Positions 27,981 through 39,900 of a DNA stretch of 64,000 nucleotides are shown piece by piece. Each line of letters starts with the position of its first letter. Positions within the stretch are counted from its first letter, which is position 1. The stretch is from Tubiluchus corallicola (lineage: Eukaryota > Animalia > Priapulida): positions 248,001 to 312,000 of the forward strand of contig JAQGDQ010000224.1 of assembly GCA_030141605.1 (NCBI GenBank). Reading direction: 5' to 3'. Both the position numbers and the translations under genes were made by a program. The notes under the pieces are model-generated. The model searched no databases. It worked only from the letters and a program-made list of their open reading frames with translations, and had not been told where the DNA came from.

Positions 27981-30900
27981 CTGTGAGAAAATCATATTTC
28001 ATCATTTTGCAATTGAATTTAAACGAATGCGGGTCATTTTTATTCTGTCTAGACCAGAGCCAGATTTAAGCCAATTAGGCAGATTCGTTCCTGAGCCCTG
28101 CGTCAAGGGGGGGGGGGGCACGCATGGTTAAGCGGAGAACGCTATGGTGAATTAATGATGCTTATGAGTGTCCAGGTTGCACGAAGTTTCTTGATACTGT
28201 GAACGCAGTGAAACTATTCAATCTGTCCTCATTTAAATTGGGTCCCGCGCCAAGAGGGGGGCACGCATGGTTGAGGAGAGGACGCTATGATGAATTAATG
28301 ATGTTATGAGTGTCCAGGTTGCTTGAAGTTTCTTGATACTGTGAACGCAGTGAAACTATTCAATCTGTCCTAGTTTAAATTGGGTCCCGCGCCAAGAGGG
28401 GGGCACGCATGGTTGAGGAGAGGACGCTATGATGAATTAATGTTATGAGTGTCCAGGTTGCATGAAGTTTCTTGATACTGTGAATGCAGTGAAACTATTC
28501 AATCTGTCCTAGTTTAAATTGGGTCCCGCGCCAAGAGGGGGGCACATATGATTGAGGAGAGGACGCTATGATGAATTAATGACGTTATGAGTGTCCAGGT
28601 TGCATGAAATAACACATCACTCTTCAGCCTTTAGGGCAGAGGGCCCCAATAATTTTCTATTTGGGCCCTGCACTTCCTAGGGCCGGGCCTGGTCTAGACA
28701 GTACTTTAATCATTCAACTGTGATTACTGACTTTAATCATTCAACTCTGATTATTGACAAGTTTTCACAAAATCTTTGCCAGCTTACAAACAAAAAACTA
28801 AACAATCGTTACACAATATTTTTGTGAGGGGTGAGCAGAGAATATTCGAGTTCAATTCGAATGAGTTTTTTGAGTTGAAATTCCATTCGAACCTAAATTG
28901 TAGATTCAAATAAGTCAGCAGCACTTCAACTAAATGTGTTGCTTGCAAACCAAAATCGTCCACGAGTCGGTTACATTATGATGCTTCAAAGTAAAATGCA
29001 CCAAAAATTTGGTCAAATGTCAATCTTTCATTTTTTATAAAAACAAATGCTAAATATATTGGACTTTTATATTCTAGCATCAAATTGTCAAGAAAATGTT
29101 TAAAAAATACCAAAAATCTAATTATATAACCCGGTACCCACTTTTCTGGCTAGAAACTAGTACTGAAATTGTAAAACTTGTATTTTCAAACTCAGATAGT
29201 AGCTTGTGAAAGCAGTCATTTTGCTTTGGGTTTTGCCAAGCCCAGATCTTCGTCAGGAAGAGCCATCTACTGCATTTCAACATAACTTCAAAGTGCTCTT
29301 GTAAAGTCTGTAGCAACCAACATTTGTGCGGTTGCTAAGTGCTTTGTAGAAATACAATGGCTGACTTTAACATTGATTTTCTCAAGATTATGTTTTTCAG
29401 TGTGCAGCCTGCACCTCAACTTCAATGTGGATTATCTCAGCTTAGAAATAACATAGAGTGATGAACTTGGTATTAAAATGATCCTCATGAAATGGAGATT
29501 CAGGATGAGTGAATAACTAGAAAAACTTAATTGCTGACTTATGGATTATTTTGCTATGCAAGTTCACATGATTTTTTCATTAAAACATTTCAAACATCAG
29601 CACAATTTAGCTGTGATTTCTGTACACAATTTTTAAACAAATTATTAGTATTTTTACTGCAGAACAAAATCAAGTACTATGCATGATCTTTGTGAGACAA
29701 CTTTTTTGCTAGAGATTTCAAAATCTTTGAAACTGAATTCGGATTAGAGTTCGAAATCCAGAAATTCAATTCGAGTTGAATTCGCTTTCTGATAGAGAAT
29801 GCTGCTCAGCCCTAATTTTTACAGTTAACTGACACACTAATGAACGTACTCATTCGCTTTCTGATAGAGAATGCTGCTCAGCCCTAATTTTTACAGTTAA
29901 CTGACACACTAATGAACGTACTCATCGTGAATGAAATCCTCTACAGCTTGTAATTCCGCAATTAACAGAGGTAACTCACTGCGCACGATTACGTAACTCA
30001 GGATGGGTACAAGATCATCTGCACCACTGTAATGGAAAATAAAACAGAAATGAATTAAATCAACGCAGTTTAGGATGGGCACAAGATCATCTGCACCACT
30101 GTAATGGAAAATAAAACAGACATGAATTAAATCAACGTAGTTTAGAATGGGCATAAGATCGTCTGCAGCACTGTAATGGAAAATAAAACAGAAATGCATT
30201 AAATCAACGTAGTTTAGAATGGGCACAAGATCACCTGCACCACTGTAATGGAAAATAAAACAGAAATGAATTAAATCAACATAGCTTAGGACTGGCACAA
30301 GATCTTCTGCAACACTGTAATGGAAAATAAAACAGAAATGAATTAAATCAACATAGCTTAGGATGGGCACAAGATCGTCTGCACCACTGTAATGAAAAAT
30401 AAAACAGACATGAATTAAATCAACGTAGTTTAGAATGCGCACAAGATCGTCTGCACCACTGTAATGGAAAATAAAACAGACATGAATTAAATCAACGTAG
30501 TTTAGAATGGGCACAAGATCGTCTGCACCACTGTAATGGAAAATAAAACAGACATGAATTAAATCAACGTAGTTCAGGATGGGCACAGGCTTATCGGCAC
30601 CAGAGTAATGAGAAATAAAATAGAAAAGAATTAAATCAACATAGCTTAGGATGGGCACAAGATCGTCTGCACCACTGTAATGAAAAATAAAACAGACATG
30701 AATTAAATCAACGCAGTTTAGGATGGGCACAAGATCGTCTGCACCACTGTAATGGAAAATAAAACAGACATGAATTAAATCAACGTAGTTTAGAATGGGC
30801 ACAAGATCGTCTGCACCACTGTAATGGAAAATAAAACAGACATGAATTAAATCAACGTAGTTCAGGATGGGCACAGGCTTATCGGCACCAGAGTAATGAG

Positions 30901-33900
30901 AAATAAAATAGAAAAGAATTAAATCAACATAGCTTAGGATGGGCACAAGATCGTCTGCACCACTGTAATGAAAAATAAAACAGACATGAATTAAATCAAC
31001 GCAGTTTAGGATGGGCACAAGATCGTCTGCACCACTGTAATGGAAAATAAAACAGACATGAATTAAATCAACGTAGTTTAGAATGGGCACAAGATCGTCT
31101 GCACCACTGTAATGGAAAATAAAACAGACATGAATTAAATCAACGTAGTTCAGGATGGGCACAGGCTTATCGGCACCAGAGTAATGAGAAATAAAATAGA
31201 AAAGAATTAAATCAACATAGCTTAGGATGGGCACAAGATCGTCTGCACCACTGTAATGGAAAATAAAACAGACACGCATTGCTGTAAGAAACACGCTACG
31301 AATGGTACAAAAAGTTAGATACACGATGTTTACACTTCATTTGAACTACCTGAACAGCTGAAATTTTTTGGCAATTTTTAACATCTAAGAGGAAAAAAGG
31401 TAAGCTGGATAAATACTACTAAAACCTTGAGAAAATGCTTACAAAATTTTCGGCTATGAAACTTATATTATATACATACACATATATATATATATATATA
31501 TAATTTTTATTTGCCATTAAAATACATTGATAATCACTGATAAAAACTTTACAAAGATGATCAATCAGTGTTAGTTAATAAAAACTTGCACTGCTGAAGG
31601 CGAATGCATCAGTGCAATCTAAACTACTGTGCAGTAATGGAAAGTAACGACGAATAAAATCAAACATATTTACAACTATGCACAAAAAAATGAAAAAATT
31701 ATGATTTAATTAATACCACCGTGGATGTATAAATTCTGAATTAGTGTGTATGTTGTCATGCTGGTGTGATGGTATTTCATATCTGGTTAATATTAGTGAT
31801 TTTAATTTTGTTTTAAATGCTGATAGGGACTTGATTTGTTTAACCTGTTAATAATGATTTTCAACGAAAACGAAACTGAACCAAAAGTGCAATTATCGGC
31901 AAACGGAAACCAAATTTTCGTATTCGTAACATCCCTGCTGACGCCAAAAACAATGATGAAAAATGACGTGTAAAAACACGCAAGACAAAAACAATGTAAA
32001 ACTGAACTTGCCAAAAACAATGATGAAAAATGACATGTAAAAACACGCAAGACAAAAACAATGTAAAACTGAACTTGCCAAAAACAATGATGAAAAATGA
32101 CGTGTAAAAACACGCAAGACAAAAACAATGTAAAACTGAACTTGGCAAAAACAATGATGAAAAATGACGTGTAAAAACACGCAAGACAAAAACAATGTAA
32201 AACTGAACTTGGCAAAAACACTGATGAAAAATGACGTGTAAAAACACGCAAGACAAAAACAATGTAAAACTGAACTTGGCAAAAACAATGATGAAAAATG
32301 ACGTGTAAAAACACGCAAGACAAAAACAATGTAAAACTGAACTTGCCAAAAACAATGATGAAAAATGACGTGTAAAAACAAGCAAGACAAAAACAATGTA
32401 AAACTGAACTTGCCAAAAACACTGATGAAAAATGACGTGTAAAAACATGCAAGACGAAAACAATGTAAAACTGAACTTGTGTTATTAGTAAAACTTACAT
32501 TGAATTCCCCTGATGCTGTTGTCCTTTTGCACTAAAGTACTCATCAACATTCATGCATATAATCTTGCATACTTGTACTGTGAGATACAAAGAAACAAAT
32601 ACAATAGTTTAAAAGTTGTTAATTATGTTATAAAGACAGACAGAATGCCCATCACGACTGTCTGTCCATCTGTGCATTGCCTGCCTTCGTTTGCAGTGGT
32701 CACAATGGCTTTTTAATTTATATAGTTTGGCATTTTAACAAAACCAAATTTAGAATATTCACTTGAATTTAAAAGAAAACAAGACCCAATCTTAAACTGT
32801 AAGTCAAAATAATCTACTCCTTAAAATATTGAAAGGAAACGTACTATTTTTTCAAGAATGACTTACGTGAAAGAATTATTGCCACACAAACACAATTTCG
32901 CATTCGTGCCACTAGTTCTTCGCTGTTACATGCATTTCGCCATTCGCTAGTTAGATGGGCACTAGCACCTGAATTTTGGAAATGCATTGCACAAAAAACA
33001 AGCGATGTACCTCTCAATTTAGATGTGTTTTGTCGACTCCCAGTTTAGAGGTGTCTTGTTCACTCTCAATCTAGAGGTGTTAGTTTGTGACGTAGTGCAC
33101 AGCTTCGACAGCTCTTGCATAAGCACAGCAGTAAATTATAAACTTGAATTTTTATCTTAAAACTTGTCTAGTTTTAGTTTAACACAATGAATCTCTTACA
33201 GTAGCAGTGTACTTCAATTTTCGTTTTCACAAACACGTGCAACACAATATTTTTACTGTTGAGATTTATGTTAGTTTGTGATGTCATCAATAATTGGGCT
33301 CGCTCCCCGTTATCATTTAATTAACAGAAACGCTTTTGCAGTATTAATCGTGTTAAAATTATACTTTATATCAGACTTGAAAATGGGGGGGGGGGTGTAT
33401 GAAAAATCATCCTGTCCTCTTTTAATTACCACAGGTGAAAAGTTCACTAATAGACAAAGATTTGTTGTCAGAATTTTAGAAATACTTACCAATGATTTCT
33501 AATTTGCTGAGAGGACAAATACAATTGATAAGCTTTCTCAGTTCAAAGATGGCAGCACTGTACGGTATCTCCTCACTATCTAATAAACTCAACTTCTTCT
33601 TCACGGTTAGGTGATAAGGCAATGCACCTTGGTACAGCGTCATGGTTTTTGCCAAATTTATTTCCCTCGATTTGTAGACCAACCTGTGCAAGAAAATAGT
33701 TAGTAACTTTTATTTCAACTCAAAAGATTTAGTGTCTACTCACTAATAGCTACTGCAGTTATTTGCAGGAGCGTATCAAGACTCCCTAGGCTGATACTTC
33801 TGTCCTGCCAATCTTTATTGCAAATTTATGGTTGCTTATATAATAAGCAATTTAAACAATTACTTGTGGTGTATTAGAAATATTATTAAACTAGTTTCTA

Positions 33901-36900
33901 TGTGGTTATTATTAATTACATGTATTTGCACAGCGCTTACATTCAAGCAAGCTGCGAAGCTTGTTGTGTAATACCTTAGACCTGTTCATTATGTGGTACT
34001 TATAGAAAAGCTGGATGCAGTAACTGCTTGTGGTGTGTTACAAAATGTGCCCTTTACATGAATATAAAAGTATACACATCTCTATTGTGAATTTATATGG
34101 TTATTTATATAATAAGCAAATTAAACAATTACTTGTGGTGCATTAGAAATATTATTAAACTAGTTTCTACGTGGTTATTATTAATTACATGTATTTGCAT
34201 AGCACTTATATTCAAGCAGGCTGCGATGCCTATTGTGAATTTATGGTTGTTTGCTATAGTAATTTCACATGACTGCAAATAATGCAATTACAAGTTTCAC
34301 TGTTGTGCCTGATTAACTTGCTGGCTATTGAGAAATTCACTTTTCACACAATATTCATTAATTTTATTACAATGAGAATCTGCGGGTAAAAACAACCAGC
34401 GGATCTATTATTAAGAGGGGTTCTTATTGTAACGATCAATGCACCAATGCTGGTTAAATCATGTAAATTAAACATTTTATTCATAATTCTACTATTAATT
34501 TCTTTCTCTTTGTTTGAAACATCTATCTTTCTTACCAATGTCTGGCTAGACTTGCTAGCGATCTCTCCTCTGCCAAGCTCTGCATGGAGCGACCTTGAGA
34601 CAATTTCATGTAGTATTGATGTGGTTGCTATAGCAACAGGTTAGAGACAAAATTACTTGGCATAAAGTTTAAACGCCGCTGTCACTTGATGCAAACGGCT
34701 AGAATTTAGTACATGGTCAGTCGGGAAGCAAAAACATTATAATAATTGCACTGTTTACGTTACTAATACATTTTTAGAACAAAATAAAGCAATATGTACC
34801 ATTTTAATGCTTCAAATTTGCGAAAAAAAAGTTGTTGATAAAATAAAAATGGCCGTGAGCAAGGTAAAAAATTCGTCGTTAAACGAAACTGTGCGTCATT
34901 AAGTGAGGAAAAGGTGTCAACTAATAGTACTACTTTCACATCGTGAGCAAGGTAAAAAATTCGTCGTTAAACGAAACTGTGCGTCATTAAGTGAGGAAAA
35001 GGTGTCAACTAATAGTACTACTTTCACATCGTGAGCAAGGTAAAAAATTCGTCGTTAAACGAAACTGTGCGTCATTAAGTGAGGAAAAGATGTCAACTAA
35101 TAGTAGTACTTTCACATTTTTGCTTCAAGATCATTTTTGGGTTTTGTGCGTTTTCTGTAAATTTAAGTAAATGAAGTATTTTCATGGTGTACCGGCTGAT
35201 TTTCCTGAAGCAGTTATTTTATTTAACTATTGAACTAAACTAAATGATTAAGTTGAACATTTTACAAATAATCAGGTGAGTATTAACCAAATAGGCTAAT
35301 CAAAATCAAAATGTGTATACTTTTATATTCATGTAAAGAGCACATTTTGTAACACACCACAGGCAGTTACTGACCGCAGCTCTTATATAAGTACCAGATA
35401 ACGAACAGGTGTAAGGTATTACACAACAAGCATCGCAGCCTGCTTGAATATAAGTGCTATGCAAATACATGTAATTAATAATAACCATGTAAAAACTAGT
35501 TTAATACTGTTTCTAATACACCACAAGTAATTGTTGACTTTGCTTATTATATAAACAGCCATAAATTCACAATAGAGATGTGTATACTTTATACTCCCTC
35601 TCCCTCTCTCTCTTGCCGCACGCGCGCCGTTTGCCAGTATTGACAAGTATTAAGGACTGGTCTTGAGAATAAAGCAGTTTTTCTTTCAATTGTTCTTTTC
35701 TTTAACAACTGTATAACTCCATATTTTCTCTTCGACCGGCATTCTAGCAGTTCAAAAATTTTCAGGGCGCCCCGAGGGGGCCTTACACGCCCGACTTCCC
35801 CGGGCCTCGCTTAGACTGAAATAGGCCCTGATAATCGTAAATAAAAATGTGCAACGCCGCACACTTGACAAATACAATTATCCGAGATCTCTGTCTAAAT
35901 TAAAACACGAACCTGATTACCTGAACAACGGTAACAAATACGGCCACAGTCTCTCCAGAAAAGGTTGTTCTATTGAAGCGTGTACTTGATCGCGACCAAT
36001 CGGTGTATCTAACTGCTCATACGCTAAAATAAACAATTCATACAAGCGATCCATGTAGAGTCGAACGTCATTAATGATATTCTTTGAATGTCGCATCAAA
36101 GCTTCTTCTTCCAGGGAGCAGAGACCGTGACGCGTATCCTGGAAACGAAAATAAATGTAATTCGCACCAGCAAAGCTTGATCCTTCTACAGTAAGTCCTC
36201 GCTTAACGACGCTAATGCGTTCCAGCAAAACACGGCGTTAAGTGAAACGTCGTTAAACGAAACTGTGCGTCATTAAGTGAGGAAAAGGTGTCAACTGTTC
36301 AGAGTGGTTAAGCGTCCCGGGACTTCACTGTATGTATAATAAAAATAATTAACAGTTCAAACTAATTTTAATGTTAATAATTAAATTAACAGTAGCTAAG
36401 TACACAGAAGAAAGCTATTATAACAGCTAATGTCCATAAATGTCTGTACTTTCCGTTCATAAGTTTTTTTGTATATTTGTTAGCCTACAATACTTACTTT
36501 TTAAAAATTATTCAAAATTTTTTTAAAATTTTCTTAATTTTTTTTGATACATTTGCTAAGTTTAAGTGATACGTTTAGGTAAAAACACAACATACTGAGT
36601 GACTTGTTCTTTCCTTTAAATTTCGTACCTTGACCTCCTCACTGCTGGGTGATTCCTCAGCTGCCGTATCACCTGTAAGTTGCCTGACTAGCCTACTGCC
36701 TTTCTCTAAAGCCTTTTCCGCATCATCTATAGATGAAGCTACCGCATCTGCAAGATCACTACCGTCATCACCGGTCCCAGCATCACCAGGCACATGCAAA
36801 TGATCACCAGACTCTAGTAGCTCCGTGTTTTGATTGGTAGGTGGACTGGAATCATCGTCAGTGAGCCGTCGATCGTCATGAACATCGTCGTCACCGTCGT

Positions 36901-39900
36901 CATCATCATCATCATCGTCATCGTCGCTGGATGAGTTATGTCGATGAAGTGCGCTCCCTGGTTCTATGCCACAAAACGGCACCCGAACGTAAAAGCATTC
37001 ATTCAATCTGTCCACAACTAACGGTTTTAATTTGTCGTATATGACATACTGGTATTTCCTAAGAAGCTGGCACAGTGGATGGCCATCCGTACTGTAACGT
37101 AAAAAATTCCTTATTACATGTGTAACTGCACTAGCCGTACGTTGGGATTGAGGTGGGTTGCTACATTGCTACTTGAGGTGGGATTGAGGTGGGTTGCTAC
37201 GCCTTCAAGGGGTGAAAAACTATTTTAACGCAGAAACACAGTGAAGATCTGTAATCAGATTACCCAAACGTCTTTACGGCTACAGAACAGGTGAAGACAT
37301 ATGATGGCATTCGCAAACATAGCTCCGTACAAACGTCCCGTAATTACTAACATATTCCCTGTATTTACTACATAAATTCACTGTATAACTAATGTATTCA
37401 CCGTATTTACTACACAAATTCATCATATTACTAAAGTATTCAATGTATTTGCTGCATAAATTCACTGTATTACTAACGTATTCACCGTATTTACTACACA
37501 AATTCATCATATTACTAAAGTATTCAATGTATTTGCTGCATAAATTCACTGTATTACTAACGTATTCACCTTATTTACTACATAAATTCACTATATTACT
37601 AATGTATTCACTGTATTACTAACCTATTCACCGTATTTACTACATAAATTCACTATATTACTAATGTATTCACCTTATTTACTACATAAATTCACTATAT
37701 TACTAATGTATTCAACGTATTTACTACATAAATTCACTATATTACTAATGTATTCAACGTATTTACTACATAAATTCACTATATTACTAATGTATTCAAC
37801 GTATTTACTACATAAATTCACTATATTACTAATGTATTCACCTTATTTACTACATAAATTCACTATATTGCTAATGTATTCAACGTATTTACTACATAAA
37901 TTCACTATATTACTAATGTATTCACCTTATTTACTACATAAATTCACTATATTACTAATGTATTCACCTTATTTACTACATAAATTCACTATATTACTAA
38001 TGTATTCACCGTATTTACTACATAAATTCACTATATTACTAATGTATTCACCGTATTTACTACATAAATTCACTATATTACTAATGTATTCACCGTATTT
38101 ACTACATAAATTACTATATTACTAATGTATTCACCGTATTTACTACATAAATTCACTATATTACTAATGTATTCAACTTATTTACTACATAAATTCACTA
38201 TATTACTAATGTATTCACCGTATTTACTACATATTCACTATATTACTAATGTATTCACCGTATTTACTACATAAATTCACTATATTACTAATGTATTCAC
38301 CTTATTTACTACATAAATTCACTATATTACTAATGTATTCACCGTATTTACTACATAAATTCACTATATTACTAATGTATTCACCTTATTTACTACATAA
38401 ATTCACTATATTACTAATGTATTCACCCAAACGTGAAATTGTGTGTGTGGTAATAATTCTTTCACGCAAGTCATTTTTGAAAAAATAGTTTGTTTTCTTT
38501 CAATATTTCAAAGTGTAAATTGTTTTGACCTGCAGTTTAAGATTGGGTTCAATTTTGTTTTAAATAGCATCTTGACTTCTTTTACTGTCATGACTGGACA
38601 TTGTACTTCTTTTACTGTCATGACTGTACAATGTACTTCTTTTACTGCCATGACTGTACAATGTACTTCTTTTACTGCCATGACTGTTCATTGTACTTCT
38701 TTTACTGTCATGACTGTACATTGTACTTCTTTTACTGTCATGACTGGACATTGTACTTCTTTTACTGTCATGACTGTACATTGTACTTCTTTTACTGTCA
38801 TGACTGTACAATGTACTTCTTTTACTGCCATGACTGTTCATTGTACTTCTTTTACTGTCATGACTGTACATTGTACTTCTTTTACTGTCATGACTGTACA
38901 TTGTACTTCTTTTACTGCCATGACTGTTCATTGTACTTCTTTTACTGTCATGACTGTACATTGTACTTCTTTTACTGTCATGACTGTACATTGTACTTCT
39001 TTTACTGTCATGACTGTACATTGTACTTCTTTTACTGTCATGACTGTACATTGTACTTCTTTTACTGTCATGACTGTACATTGTACTTCTTTTACTGTCA
39101 TGACTGTACATTGTACTTCTTTTACTGTCATGACTGTACATTGTACTTCTTTTACTGTCATGACTGTACATTGTACTTCTTTTACTGTCATGACTGTACA
39201 TTGTACTTCTTTTACTGTCATGACTGTACATTGTACTTCTTTTACTGTCATGACTGTACATTGTACTTCTTTTACTGTCATGACTGTACATTGTACTTCT
39301 TTTACTGTCATGACTGGACATTGTACTTCTTTTACTGCCATGACTGTATATTGTACTTCTTTTACTGTCGTGACTGTACATTGTACTTCTTTTACTGTTA
39401 TGACTGTACATTGTACTTCTTTTACTGTCATGACTGGACATTGTACTTCTTTTACTGTCATGACTGGACATTGTACTTCTTTTACTGTCATGACTGTACA
39501 TTGTACTTCTTTTACTGTCATGACTGTACATTGTACTTCTTTTACTGTTATGACTGTACATTGTACTTCTTTTACTGTCATGACTGGACATTGTACTTCT
39601 TTTACTGTCATGACTGTACATTGTACTTCTTTTACTGTCATGACTGTACATTGTACTTCTTTTACTGTCGTGACTGTACATTGTACTTCTTTTACTGTCG
39701 TGACTGTACATAGTACTTCTTTTACTGTCATGACTGTACATTGTACTTCTTTTACTGTCATGACTGGACATTGTACTTCTTTTACTGTCATGACTGTACA
39801 TTGTACTTCTTTTACTGTCGTGACTGTACATTGTACTTCTTTTACTGTCATGACTGTACATTGTACTTCTTTTACTGTCGTGACTGTACATTGTACTTCT

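Noticed and set aside
31802-32463. Three overlapping hydrophobic ORFs
   Set aside because: Frame-cycling translations of a 67-bp minisatellite.
37280-38488. [14 protein letters not shown] repeat ORFs
   Set aside because: 42-bp minisatellite artefact.
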